Assembly: GCA_027320085.1 (NCBI GenBank)
Contig: DAHVLZ010000038.1
Location: 32,001-96,000 of the forward strand
Origin: Pseudomonadota bacterium
GTDB taxonomy: Bacteria > Pseudomonadota > Gammaproteobacteria > JAKAQQ01
Direction: 5' to 3'
DNA length: 64,000 nucleotides
Part shown: in pieces, positions 51,394 through 62,814 of the stretch
Position numbering within the stretch: the stretch's first letter is position 1
Layout: each line of letters opens with the position of its first letter
Translations under genes and position numbers: made by a program
The notes under the pieces: model-generated
What the model saw: only the letters and a program-made list of their open reading frames with translations
Database searches by the model: none
Told to the model about the DNA's origin: nothing

Positions 51394-52344
51394 CTAACCT
51401 GCCCAACCATGAAGATCGACCGGGGGGGCAGCCTGTTCCCAGCGATCATCGAAACGGTGGATTTCCGGGAGGGTCTGGTGGGGATCCTCCAGCCGGAGAT
51501 AGGCTCGGATTTCTTCCGTGACTGGAATCCGGACCAGATGGTGGTGGTCACCCATGACACAGGCTCCGCGAGGTTCCCGATCGTCGGGTGAGGGACAACG
51601 GATTGCAACATGGGTGGGCAGCTGTCGAGCCAGGTCATTCCAGTTCGCCATCTCCGGTCTGCCCAGGACGTCGGGCAGTGCCAGAATCCGGACCGCGTAA
51701 GGCAACGGGCTTCCGTTCTTGCTCAAACGCAGGGCAGTCTCCAGGATGTCGGTCCAGGTCTCGCGGATGGGCAGGTGATCAGGGGACTCGATCCTCAGGC
51801 ATCGCCGGGTCATCCGGGTCAGCTGGCGGATCGCCCGGGCGATCCGGTCCGGACCTTCCACCACCTGGCTGATGGGAGTCCGGGTCGGCCGGCTCATTTT
51901 CAGGTGGGGGATGCCGGCTTCATAAAACAGTAGTCCCTCTTCCTCAAACCCGTGCCGATGGTAAAAGGGGAGGGCGTGGATCTGGGCATGGAGGTAGCAG
52001 CTTGCATGGGACAACTCGCCTGCCCACTCGAGGAGTGCCTCGAGAACCCGACTGCCCGCCCCGAAGCCCCGGGCCTCCTCCAGGACCGCCATCCTTCCGA
52101 TTTTCCCATGCGGATCCAGACGTCCCGTGGCAATGGGCCGGTGTGTGCGGTTCTCGACCAGGATGTGTCGGCAGAATGCGTCACTGCCATCCCACTCGAG
52201 GTCAGGGGGAACCCGTTGTTCCAGGACGAATACCTGGTGGCGGATCGCACGGATGGAGGGTTCGTGTTCCGGCCAGGTCGCCCGGTAAACACGGTAAGGC
52301 CGGCCCGGGTCAGGTGTGCCGAGACGCTTGTTGTCTGAGTTCAT
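51394..52344 (-). CDS. GNAT N-acetyltransferase (YjcF/ElaA-like) fused to an uncharacterised C-terminal domain
   Basis: IRHQVFVLEQ, IGRMAVL, LHAQ, FY...GF, EAGIPH; overlaps purB end. Confidence 0.85.
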   Translation of the reverse strand: MNSDNKRLGTPDPGRPYRVYRATWPEHEPSIRAIRHQVFVLEQRVPPDLEWDGSDAFCRHILVENRTHRPIATGRLDPHGKIGRMAVLEEARGFGAGSRVLEALLEWAGELSHASCYLHAQIHALPFYHRHGFEEEGLLFYEAGIPHLKMSRPTRTPISQVVEGPDRIARAIRQLTRMTRRCLRIESPDHLPIRETWTDILETALRLSKNGSPLPYAVRILALPDVLGRPEMANWNDLARQLPTHVAIRCPSPDDREPRGACVMGDHHHLVRIPVTEEIRAYLRLEDPHQTLPEIHRFDDRWEQAAPPVDLHGWAG

Positions 52345-53710
52345 CAAAACGTTCGGCGAGCTCCACCGCCAGGCCGAGGTAGGTGATGGGGCTGAGACGT
52401 TCCAGGGATTGCCGGGTCTCGGTATCGAGGTCGAGGCCCTGAATCCATGTTTTCAGGCTGGCGGCATCCAAAGATTGCCCCCGGGTGAGCGATTTGAGCC
52501 GCTCATAGGCGTCGGGGTCTCCCCGAAGCCTCAACAGGGTTTGAAGACCCTCGGCAATGACTTCGGGATGGGCCAGGAGATCCTCACGGATCCGCGCGGT
52601 ATCGGGTTCAAGGCGCAACAGGCCTTCGCGGAGGGTACGCCAGGCGAGAAGGGTATGCCCCAGTGCGGGGGTCAGGCTCCGCTGGGCCGTCGAGTCGCTG
52701 AGGTCTCTCTGGAAGCGGGAGACGGGGAGTTTGTCCGACAGATGGCGGAGCAGGGCGTTTGCGACCCCCAAGTTGCCCTCCGCGTTTTCAAAGGCAATCG
52801 GGTTGACCTTGTGCGGCATGGTCGAGGAACCGACTTCTCCCGAGATAACCCGCTGAATGAAATAGCCCCAAGAAATATAACCCCAGAAATCGCGGCAAAG
52901 GCCGGTCAGGATGCGGTTGGTGCGGGCGAGGAGATCCAGCCAGGCCGAGAGGCGATCATGCGGTTCGATTTGCGTGGTCAGGGGCTGGAAATCCAGACCG
53001 AAGGACCGGACAAACTCGGCCGTGAGCGATACCCAGTCGACGTCGGGCAAGGCCAGTTGATGGGCATTGTAATTACCCACTGCGCCATTGAACTTGCCGC
53101 TGAATCGGAAGACCGACAACGCATCCCGGCAATCCGCGAGACGCCAGGCAAAGTTGGCCAGCTCCTTGCCCAGGGTTGTGGGGGAAGCCGGTTGGCCATG
53201 GGTACGGGACAGCATGGGCACACGGGAATGCCGGCGGGATTCTTTCAAAAGCCAGTCCAAGACTTGACTGAGGGCAGGAACCAAAAAGTTCTGCTGGGCA
53301 TCCTTCCAGATCAAACTGTAGGCCAGGTTGTTGATGTCTTCCGAGGTGGCGGCAAAATGCCAGAACGGTGCGAGCGTCGCCCCGAATGTTTCTCCTGCCA
53401 TAGCTTCCCTGAGAAAAAGCTCAACGGCCTTGACATCATGCCGCACGGACGATTCGATGGCCTTGATCCGGAGGGCAGCGGTCGGGTTGAAGTCCTGGAT
53501 TCTAGCTTCGAGAGTCGCTCGATCCTCCGCTGAAAGAGCAGGGAAAAGCCGATTCGCCAGTTTTTGGTCCAGCCACAGGAGCCAGCGGATCTCGATCTCG
53601 GTGCGTCTCCGGAACAGGGCATACTCACCCATGGCCTGTCCGAAGTCGGAGAGGATCTCCGCGTACCGGCTGTCCAGAGGTGACAGGGAGCAGAGGTCTG
53701 GTGGGTCCAT
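52310..53710 (-). CDS. purB: Adenylosuccinate lyase
   Basis: SPLDSRY, HDVKAVE, RTHGQPA, GSSTMPHKVNP, SRFQRDL. Confidence 0.96.
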   Translation of the reverse strand: MDPPDLCSLSPLDSRYAEILSDFGQAMGEYALFRRRTEIEIRWLLWLDQKLANRLFPALSAEDRATLEARIQDFNPTAALRIKAIESSVRHDVKAVELFLREAMAGETFGATLAPFWHFAATSEDINNLAYSLIWKDAQQNFLVPALSQVLDWLLKESRRHSRVPMLSRTHGQPASPTTLGKELANFAWRLADCRDALSVFRFSGKFNGAVGNYNAHQLALPDVDWVSLTAEFVRSFGLDFQPLTTQIEPHDRLSAWLDLLARTNRILTGLCRDFWGYISWGYFIQRVISGEVGSSTMPHKVNPIAFENAEGNLGVANALLRHLSDKLPVSRFQRDLSDSTAQRSLTPALGHTLLAWRTLREGLLRLEPDTARIREDLLAHPEVIAEGLQTLLRLRGDPDAYERLKSLTRGQSLDAASLKTWIQGLDLDTETRQSLERLSPITYLGLAVELAERFDELRQQASRHT

Positions 53711-53778
53711 GCGTTTTCGGAGTTAAAATAAGCTCTTGCATGATAACTGAAGCCAGCCTGCCCTGCAGGGGAGAAGTG

Positions 53779-55200
<1,422 letters not shown>

Positions 55201-55392
55201 GCAGTTGGCGGGTTCTTTTGCCGGGTCTGTGCAAATCGCGCAAGCGCAGCGACCAGACAGACAATGCGCAACCTCCATGCGTGATTATGCTATTTCAGGC
55301 GTGGGAGGAAGGTCGATCCGGCCGTGGCATGACGGTCTGCATTCTGGCTCCGGTGATCGGCAGGTGAAGGTCGCTCCGGGTACACTTCAAGC

Positions 55393-55881
55393 ATGAAATC
55401 TTCAGGCTTGGACCAGGAACCCCTCCTGTTTTCATCCGCTGATGCCCGGGCCCGTTTCGGCGGGCTATGGGAGACCGCGTGGGAAATACAGGAAGCCGCT
55501 TCGCGAGCCGGCTTTGATTGGGAAACCCGCTCGGCAATATTGGATAAGCTGGCAGAAGAACTGGAAGAACTCAGGGTTGCAGACCGGGAGATTTCACAGA
55601 CTTCACGGACGGAAGAACTCGGAGATCTCTTGTTCGTCTTGATTCATTATGCGTGGTGGGCTGGAATCCCCGTGGACCGGGCGCTCGAAAGCAGTACGAG
55701 CAAATTCCGTCGCCGATTCGATGCGCTTCAGGATGCTGTGGCCCTCCAGGGCCGGAAACTCACTGAGATGTCTCCTGGCGAACTGGATTCAATCTGGCAG
55801 GAGGTCAAGCGGCAACTTGCGGCTTCGCCCGATGCTGGAGCCGAGTACGGAGAGTCCCGACGGGAACGATCCGATGTCTGA
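55393..55881 (+). CDS. Single-domain MazG nucleotide pyrophosphohydrolase
   Basis: GFDW, EELEEL, EELGDLLF, KFRRRF: corresponds to the C-terminal half of MazG. Confidence 0.82.
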   Translation: MKSSGLDQEPLLFSSADARARFGGLWETAWEIQEAASRAGFDWETRSAILDKLAEELEELRVADREISQTSRTEELGDLLFVLIHYAWWAGIPVDRALESSTSKFRRRFDALQDAVALQGRKLTEMSPGELDSIWQEVKRQLAASPDAGAEYGESRRERSDV

Positions 55882-56656
55882 CTGGTGGGAGAATCCTTAC
55901 GGCGTCGCCTTGGGTGATGCGCTGACCCTGCAGGTGGGTGAGCTGGACTTCGTGGCTGAACGGTTGCCTTCGGAATGGAACTTTTTTTGGAACTACCGCA
56001 TGGGGGGTGTGACTCAGCCCCGGATTGACCGGAAAACTGCCGGGTCGGCGGAATGGGCCCATTGGTCAAGTTGCCGATACCCGTTTCGTGATCCACCGGG
56101 ATCTCTGGCCTTTATGCCGCAACTTGCGGATCGGCCATTGGTGACAAAACCGGTCATGCCACTCCTGGTTCCGCCTGCGGAAAGCCTGACCCTGTGGATT
56201 TCAAGTCCGCTCTGGTGTCGACTCGAGGTCAGGACGGAGGACCGGTCCATTCCCCTGGATCTGGACCTGCCGGTCCTCCGGTTTTCAGAAACCTGGTTCG
56301 GGCCCGACACACTCAATGGAGATTTGGCCTATGCATCAACCACGCGAGCCCGGATGAATCCCTACCTGACCCGGGATGAGTGGATTGACTTCCGGATCCA
56401 GACGCCGGTCATCATTCACAATGAGGAGGCCCAGGTCATCCGGGTCGAGCGCCTGAATCTGCCGCTTCCGGCCTGCGGTCTTTATCTTGCCCAAGAGGGA
56501 CTGATTACCGATACCCTGGTCTGGCACCGGGCAGGTCATGGACAGAAAGCCTCACTGGAACGAATTCCCCCCGTCCACGGCAGGCCCGTGGCTCCTCCCC
56601 GGCAGGCCGGCAATGTTTCCATCCTGACCCGGGCGTTCACCCGGCTTTTCGACTGA
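55874..56656 (+). CDS. Conserved hypothetical protein (DUF432-like)
   Basis: P.LADRPLV, SETWFGP, G.LAYA motifs; start overlaps the MazG stop. Confidence 0.65.
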   Translation: MSDWWENPYGVALGDALTLQVGELDFVAERLPSEWNFFWNYRMGGVTQPRIDRKTAGSAEWAHWSSCRYPFRDPPGSLAFMPQLADRPLVTKPVMPLLVPPAESLTLWISSPLWCRLEVRTEDRSIPLDLDLPVLRFSETWFGPDTLNGDLAYASTTRARMNPYLTRDEWIDFRIQTPVIIHNEEAQVIRVERLNLPLPACGLYLAQEGLITDTLVWHRAGHGQKASLERIPPVHGRPVAPPRQAGNVSILTRAFTRLFD

Positions 56657-56665
56657 GGCGGGATC

Positions 56666-57520
56666 GTGTCGTTGCCTGCGGCCTGGATCGCTCACGTGCC
56701 CATTGCTCGGGGCATCACCGGTGCGGTCATCCTGCTGGTGGGCACTTTTTTGGCCGTGACGCTGGCCCGCCTCGTGGAACGCTGGTGCATCGAGCGCTAC
56801 GATGCCCGGCGAGCTCGCATTCTGCGCCGGGTTGTCCATTATTCCGTGATGGTCCTGGTTATCTTGATCGCCCTAAACGAGCTGGGTGTGGGGATCGGTG
56901 TATTGCTTGGGGCCGCGGGTATCCTTTCCTTGGGTCTCGGCTTTGCCAGTCAGACGGCGCTATCCAATATCATCAGCGGGCTTTTTCTTCTCGGCGAACA
57001 TTCTTTCAATATGGGCGATTTCATCCAGGTCGGTAGCTTGACAGGAGAGGTTCTGGCTATTGACCTGCTTTCGGTCAAACTCAGAACCTATGACAATTTA
57101 TATGTGCGGGTTCCGAACGAGACCCTGATCAAGGGAGAGATCACGAATCTTACGCGGTTGCCAATCCGGCGTGTGGACTTGTCGATCGGGGTTGCGTATG
57201 ACGCCGACCTGAATGCCGTGCGCGATGCGCTTCTCGGTCTGGCCCGGCAAAGCACCTTGTGCCTGGAAGAACCAGCGCCCACGGTGGTGTTTTCGAACTT
57301 TGGGGCCAGTACAGTCAATCTCCTTTTTTCCGTCTGGATCCGGCGCCAGAACTATTCACTCGTCATGAATGAGCTCGCGAGCGGGGTGATCCGCGAATTC
57401 GGGAAACGGGGGATTGATTTGCCCTATCCCCAGCAGACGATCCATTTTGCCTCGACGGATCCCCTCCGGATTGAAAAAGAAATCCCGGGGGCTCGCATTC
57501 ACTCGGAGTCTGAACCATGA
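56666..57520 (+). CDS. mscS: Small-conductance mechanosensitive channel MscS
   Basis: Three TM helices, GLGFASQ..LSN.ISG, GDFI, VPN, GIDLPYPQ. Confidence 0.9.
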   Translation: MSLPAAWIAHVPIARGITGAVILLVGTFLAVTLARLVERWCIERYDARRARILRRVVHYSVMVLVILIALNELGVGIGVLLGAAGILSLGLGFASQTALSNIISGLFLLGEHSFNMGDFIQVGSLTGEVLAIDLLSVKLRTYDNLYVRVPNETLIKGEITNLTRLPIRRVDLSIGVAYDADLNAVRDALLGLARQSTLCLEEPAPTVVFSNFGASTVNLLFSVWIRRQNYSLVMNELASGVIREFGKRGIDLPYPQQTIHFASTDPLRIEKEIPGARIHSESEP

Positions 57521-58692
57521 GCGGTCTCCGGTCCCTCTGGGGCCGTCTGTCCCGTCAGATGCGGGATACCCTCGATTCGGGGACCTTGCACTGGATTCTC
57601 TCGCTTTGGGTGATTACGCTCGGGGTCGTGAGCGGTGTCGACGACGGATTCTGGAGATCCGTTCTCCTGGCCCGCCTGCCCCTGCCTGGCCCGGGTTTTA
57701 ACCCGTGGGTGCATTCCCTGTTCTGGACGGTCTCGTTCATCCTGTTCGGGATCGGACTCCTGTCACGATCCCGCCTGATCTGGTTTCTCACCCTGATGCT
57801 GCTTTTTGTGCGTCTGGCCTGGCTGGCCCGACTGGGGGCGCTTGGGGTGGATCCCGTGCTGAGCGTGGGAATCGGCATTGCGGTCTTGTTCTTGATCAAG
57901 CTGAGTCGGCGGTTTCGCCGCAGCAGTCTCGGGAGTGGTGCCCTTCTGGCCACGATTCTTTTGGTGTTTCTTTTTGGCTATTCCGTTCTTGGCACCTACC
58001 TCTTGGGCCGCGAGTTTACGCCACCCGTCCACTCGCTCCTGACGGCCCTTTATTTTTCGGTTGTGACCTTGTCCACGGTCGGCTATGGAGATATCACCCC
58101 CCATGGGGTGGAGGCCCGTTTGTTTGTGAGTTCGGTCATTCTGCTCGGCTTGACGGTCCTCACCGTCTCACTCAGCGCGATTATTCTTCCGGTTCTGCAA
58201 CGCCGGCTGGAGTCCCTGATCATGCCCAATCGAGTCATTCACCCCCGTCGCAACCACTTTCTGATCGCGGGCAATTCATCCCTCGCCCGGAATGCCTACC
58301 GGGAGCTCAACCAGCGCAAGCAGAAGGTCACTTTTATCGTGAATGAGCCCTTTGAGATTGCCGGAGAATCCAAGTTGGACATTGTCGTGGGAGATGCAAC
58401 CGATCTCGAGGTGCTCCGTAATGTGCAGGCCAGCCAGGCCAAGGCCTTGCTGGCCCTGAGCGATGATGACTCCGAGAATGCCTTTGTGGTCCTGGCCGCC
58501 AAGGAACTCGATCCTCCCGTCAAAACGGTTGCCGTGGTCCATAACTCGAAGAACCTCGCACGCTTGAAGCGCGTCCGCCCGGATATCCTCCTTGCCCCTC
58601 AGGTGATGGGAGGTCGGGTTCTGGCCATGTATCTGACCGGCCAGAAAATAGAAGCGGACCGGTTCATGGACGATTTTCTCTCAATAATATAG
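57517..58692 (+). CDS. kch: Kch-like potassium channel with RCK (TrkA-N) domain
   Basis: YFSVVTLSTVGYGDI selectivity filter; GDATD and DDSENAFVVLAAK RCK domain. Confidence 0.85.
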   Translation: MSGLRSLWGRLSRQMRDTLDSGTLHWILSLWVITLGVVSGVDDGFWRSVLLARLPLPGPGFNPWVHSLFWTVSFILFGIGLLSRSRLIWFLTLMLLFVRLAWLARLGALGVDPVLSVGIGIAVLFLIKLSRRFRRSSLGSGALLATILLVFLFGYSVLGTYLLGREFTPPVHSLLTALYFSVVTLSTVGYGDITPHGVEARLFVSSVILLGLTVLTVSLSAIILPVLQRRLESLIMPNRVIHPRRNHFLIAGNSSLARNAYRELNQRKQKVTFIVNEPFEIAGESKLDIVVGDATDLEVLRNVQASQAKALLALSDDDSENAFVVLAAKELDPPVKTVAVVHNSKNLARLKRVRPDILLAPQVMGGRVLAMYLTGQKIEADRFMDDFLSII

Positions 58693-58826
58693 GGGCCGGA
58701 TTGGAGGTGCAGCCGCGCCCCGGGGGGGTGGGCTCTGGAGTTCATTATTCTGTGAGATGGGTCTATACTGGAACTGGGTTGCCCTGTGTTGGTCTTTACG
58801 CAAAGGTGCACCCGTTGGAGGTTTCC

Positions 58827-59273
58827 ATGATGAAGCGAACATTGCTTGTACTCTCCCTAATCGGATTCGGGGGATGGAGTGGCTTGGTTTTTGCCCAATC
58901 AGCCTTGGTTAGCCCATCCCAGCCCCATGCCGTCATTTCGACCGGACTGCCGGCCAGTACGCATTGGTATGCCGTGAAAATCGTCACGATTGACGGGCAA
59001 TTAATGCCTTTGCACGCGAATCGGCATGACTACTGGGTTTCACCTGGGCGCCATACCGTGAGCTTTCAGGTCATGATGAACGACCTGACCGGGGGGCCGG
59101 GAATCTGGCCGTCCGGGATGAGGGGTCCGGAGCAGCGTCGAAGCCTCACCTTGAACCTGAAACAGGGGTGGGAGTACTTTTTCGGAGCCAAAGTGGAACA
59201 TAGCAAAGCTTCCACCTGGAAGCCTTTTTTGATCATGAAGAAAAGGCTTTCCGGGGCACGTATGAAACCCTAA
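58827..59273 (+). CDS. Hypothetical exported protein
   Basis: GGAGG RBS, signal peptide ending VFA-Q, small beta-rich domain (V.PG.HTV...L..G..Y). Confidence 0.7.
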   Translation: MMKRTLLVLSLIGFGGWSGLVFAQSALVSPSQPHAVISTGLPASTHWYAVKIVTIDGQLMPLHANRHDYWVSPGRHTVSFQVMMNDLTGGPGIWPSGMRGPEQRRSLTLNLKQGWEYFFGAKVEHSKASTWKPFLIMKKRLSGARMKP

Positions 59274-59333
59274 TCGCCTGTTTCGTGATCCATCCGAAGG
59301 GTGAATAGCGTTTTCTTTTTGTTCTAGAAACAT

Positions 59334-59362
59334 GGGGCCTGGTCTGCCAGGCCCCTGATTTT
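59334..59362 (+). terminator. Terminator-like hairpin upstream of the DegV gene
   Basis: GGGGCCTGG-TCTG-CCAGGCCCC followed by TGATTTT. Confidence 0.5.
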
Positions 59363-59386
59363 GTGGAACACCTGCTGGAGAACAAT

Positions 59387-60316
59387 ATGAGAGTGGGGAT
59401 CGTAACTGATGCGGCCTGTGACCTGCCGCCGAACTTTATCGGGCCAGGCCGTGTGGAAATCTTGCCGGTCAGCCTACATGTCGGAACGCAGATGTTCACG
59501 GATGTCCGGGACGAAGCCCAAACCCTGCGTTTCTACCGGATGTACCTGGGTTCCCATGAACACCGGGCAATTACCAAACCACTGCCACCCAAGGAGATTG
59601 CCGATCTTTTCCTGACCGATTGGGTGACGCGCTACGACCGGATCCTGGTTCTGACCGTGGCCTCCTCGCGTAGCGAGATTTACAAGAATACCAGTGAGGC
59701 CTCCTATACGGTTCTCCGGGAGTACAAGAAGATCCGGGCTGCGGCCGGTATCACGGAACCCTTCCTGATGCGTGTGTTCGATACACATACCTTGTTTACC
59801 GGGCAGGCCACCATGGTTTTTGAGGCGATGCGCCTGAGGGATGTGGGTCGTCAGGGTTTCGACGCCATCCGACGTCAGTTGGAGATTATCGAACCCAAAG
59901 TCAGGAGCTACCTGCTTCCCCAAGATGTCTACTATGTCCACAACCGGGCCCGGATGCGGGGTGAGGAAAGCGTGAGTTGGCTGACCTTTCAGGTCGGCAA
60001 CCTCCTCAATGTGAAGCCGGTGATCCAGATGGTGCGGGGAGAGACTGAAATTGTGGCCAAGGTCAGGAAATTTGAGGGAGGGCTTGAGTGGCTGTTCCAG
60101 AAGATCCGCGCCGATATCGTCCAGGGTCTTCCAGTCAAGATGGTTTCCATGAGCTACGGTGGAGATCTCGAGGAGATCAAGCGCGAGCCCCAGTACCAGG
60201 AGTTCGTGGCGTTTGCTCACCAGAACAAGGTCGCGACTTCCTTGGCCTTGATGAGTATTACGGCAGGAATTTATGTGGGCAGGGGAGGGTTCTCCGTCTC
60301 GTACGTGGCCCCGTAG
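59387..60316 (+). CDS. DegV family fatty-acid-binding protein
   Basis: IVTDAACDLP, LLNVKPVI, G.YVG.G motifs. Confidence 0.88.
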   Translation: MRVGIVTDAACDLPPNFIGPGRVEILPVSLHVGTQMFTDVRDEAQTLRFYRMYLGSHEHRAITKPLPPKEIADLFLTDWVTRYDRILVLTVASSRSEIYKNTSEASYTVLREYKKIRAAAGITEPFLMRVFDTHTLFTGQATMVFEAMRLRDVGRQGFDAIRRQLEIIEPKVRSYLLPQDVYYVHNRARMRGEESVSWLTFQVGNLLNVKPVIQMVRGETEIVAKVRKFEGGLEWLFQKIRADIVQGLPVKMVSMSYGGDLEEIKREPQYQEFVAFAHQNKVATSLALMSITAGIYVGRGGFSVSYVAP

Positions 60317-60385
60317 CTCATTTCGCCGAACTCCCATGGCGGGTGGGGTGATATGCCCTGGCTTTCACGGGAGCGGAGCCCGAGC

Positions 60386-61228
60386 TTACGGCAACAGGGT
60401 CCCGTGGAGTACAAGGGCGACCAGCCCGGCCAGCATGCAGTAAAGAGCGAAGGGTCGAAGCGCGGTCACCTCGCGTTTTCGAAAATAGCGCATGAGGAAC
60501 CAGCTGCTCAACCAGGCACAAGCCCCAGACAAGAGGCCCGCGACCAGGATGATGCCGAGCAGGGGGGTTGCGTCGGTATGGACGAGAAAGAGTTTGGGTA
60601 TTTCAAGGAGTCCTGCGGCCCCGATGATCGGGGTCGCGAGGAGAAAAGAGAAGCGGGCAGATGCTTCGTAGTTCAGTCCGGTTGCAAGCCCGGAGACCAG
60701 GGTGGCACCCGAGCGGGAGATGCCGGGGATCAGCGCCGTCGCCTGCGCCAAACCGATCAAAAGGGCCTGTTTCAGAGTGAGCTCGTCCAATTCTTGCCTG
60801 GCCGTCCGGCTTTTCAGCCGATCCCCCACCCAGAGGGCCAAGCCGTTGATGGTAAGAAAAATAGCCGCGACCGTAAAACCGGCAAACAGGCTGCGGACCC
60901 ATCTCTCCAGTGCTAAACCCAGGAGGCCGGCCGGAACCGTTCCGATGACGAGACGCCAAAACAACCGGGTTTCCGGCTCGAATGGCCGGCCCCGAGTCCG
61001 GATCAGGCTTTTCAGGATGCTCCACCAGTCTCTCCAGAAATAAAGCAGAAGTGCTGTTGCGGTACCCACATGGAGGACGACGATGAACGGGAGAAACCAC
61101 GGGGCAGCCCGGTTGATCTGGAGATGGAGCAGGGCGGGAACCAGGATGCTGTGTCCCAGACTGGATACCGGGAACAGCTCGGTCAAGCCTTGAAGAATGG
61201 CGAGGAGATATAACGGGCTTAACATCAT
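60386..61228 (-). CDS. uppP: Undecaprenyl-diphosphate phosphatase
   Basis: QGLTELFPVSSLGH, PGISRSG, ARFSFLL. Confidence 0.94.
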   Translation of the reverse strand: MMLSPLYLLAILQGLTELFPVSSLGHSILVPALLHLQINRAAPWFLPFIVVLHVGTATALLLYFWRDWWSILKSLIRTRGRPFEPETRLFWRLVIGTVPAGLLGLALERWVRSLFAGFTVAAIFLTINGLALWVGDRLKSRTARQELDELTLKQALLIGLAQATALIPGISRSGATLVSGLATGLNYEASARFSFLLATPIIGAAGLLEIPKLFLVHTDATPLLGIILVAGLLSGACAWLSSWFLMRYFRKREVTALRPFALYCMLAGLVALVLHGTLLP

Positions 61229-62784
61229 TTGTCTGGCGGGTCGCTGTCCAACTCGAACCGGATTCCCTGAGCTAATGGCAGTTCCCGGCTCCAGTTGATG
61301 GTGTTGGTCTGGCGTCGCATGTAGTTTTTCCAGGCATCTGAACCGGCTTCCCGGCCACCTCCCGTTTCCTTCTCTCCACCGAAGGCACCCCCGATTTCGG
61401 CACCCGAAGTCCCGATGTTGATATTCGCGATCCCGCAGTCACTGCCTTGCGCCGAAAGAAACAGCTCCGCACGGCGGAGGTTCGTCGTGAACAGAGCCGA
61501 CGACAGTCCCTGGGGAACGGCATTGTGGAGACGGATGGCCTCCTCAAAGCGGCGAAACGTCAGCACGTAGAGAATGGGTGCGAAAGTTTCATGTTGGACC
61601 AGGGGCCACTCGGGCGACGCCCGCACCAGGGTGGGTTCAACAAAATGTCCAGGGCCTTCGATTCGCCTGCCTCCAAACAAAATGGCCGCACCCAGACGTT
61701 CCAGTTCCCGGATCGCTTCGAGATACCGATCTACGGCCAGCCCATCGATCAGGGGGCCCATCAAGGTGGCGGAGTCCAGCGGATTGCCGATTCGCACCTG
61801 GCGATACGCCGCAACCAGTCGATCGAGCAGGGGGGGGGCGATCTCTTCTGAGACGATCAGACGCCGCGTGGTCGTACAACGTTGTCCGGCTGTGCCGACC
61901 GCCCCAAAAACGATTGAGGGTACCGCGAGGTCGAGGTCAGCCGTTTCATCCACCACCACGGCATTGTTTCCGCCAAGCTCGAGCAGCGTCCGTTCCAGTC
62001 GGGCAGCGCGGATTTCGGAAACTTTTCGGCCGACGGCCGTGGAACCGGTGAAGGACAAAAGTCCGAGTCGCGCGTCTTTGTAAAACGATTCAGCCAGTCG
62101 GTTGTCGTGATCGATGATCAGGCTGGAAAATTGGGGAAATTGGTTCTGCGCCAAGACCTCACTCACGATCTTCTGCACGGCTATCGCCGAAAGCATGGCT
62201 TTGGGGGAGGGCTTCCAGATCACCGTATTGCCGCAGATGGCCGCGAGAAATGTGTTCCAAGAGTAGACCGCAACCGGGAAATTGAATGCGGTGACGATCC
62301 CCACGATGCCCAGGGGGTGCCACTGCTCCTGCATGCGGTGTTGTGGCCGTTCGGAGGCCATGGTTCTGCCGTACAGCATGCGCGACTGCCCGAGTGCGAA
62401 GTCGGCCATGTCAATCATTTCCTGGACTTCGCCGTTCCCTTCTGCCTTGATCTTGCCGACCTCGATGCTGATCAGGCTGCCCAGCGCTTCCTTGTGGGTG
62501 CGCAGGGCCTCTCCGATCAGGCGGATCGCCTCTCCTCGGCGGGGGGGCGGGATGGATCGCCAGGCTTCCCCCGTGGCCTGACTTTCTTCCAGCACACGTT
62601 CATAGTCCCCGGGATCAGTGGGTCGAACCCGTGCAATGATCCCGCTGGTGGAAGGATTGTGGACCGGCAGGGTCGTGGAAGCCGAGCCGGGCAACCATCC
62701 GCTTCTGCTTGCGAAGGTGCCGGCCAGCGACGGTTCCGAGGAAAGATGAAGCTCGGAGAAAACCTGTTGGATGAGTCGGTCCAT
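61225..62784 (-). CDS. Aldehyde dehydrogenase family 7 (L-piperideine-6-carboxylate dehydrogenase)
   Basis: GEVQEMID, AFNFPVAV, LELGGNN, GTAGQRCTT, GAEIGGAFGGEKETGGGRE. Confidence 0.9.
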   Translation of the reverse strand: MDRLIQQVFSELHLSSEPSLAGTFASRSGWLPGSASTTLPVHNPSTSGIIARVRPTDPGDYERVLEESQATGEAWRSIPPPRRGEAIRLIGEALRTHKEALGSLISIEVGKIKAEGNGEVQEMIDMADFALGQSRMLYGRTMASERPQHRMQEQWHPLGIVGIVTAFNFPVAVYSWNTFLAAICGNTVIWKPSPKAMLSAIAVQKIVSEVLAQNQFPQFSSLIIDHDNRLAESFYKDARLGLLSFTGSTAVGRKVSEIRAARLERTLLELGGNNAVVVDETADLDLAVPSIVFGAVGTAGQRCTTTRRLIVSEEIAPPLLDRLVAAYRQVRIGNPLDSATLMGPLIDGLAVDRYLEAIRELERLGAAILFGGRRIEGPGHFVEPTLVRASPEWPLVQHETFAPILYVLTFRRFEEAIRLHNAVPQGLSSALFTTNLRRAELFLSAQGSDCGIANINIGTSGAEIGGAFGGEKETGGGREAGSDAWKNYMRRQTNTINWSRELPLAQGIRFELDSDPPDK

Positions 62785-62814
62785 AAAGGTTCCTTATGGC
62801 TAGGGCAAAGGGTT

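Noticed and set aside
52316-53533. 405-aa plus-strand ORF
   Set aside because: Antisense shadow of purB with no recognisable motif; expected in GC-rich coding DNA.
59474-60337. 287-aa minus-strand ORF
   Set aside because: Antisense shadow of the DegV gene.
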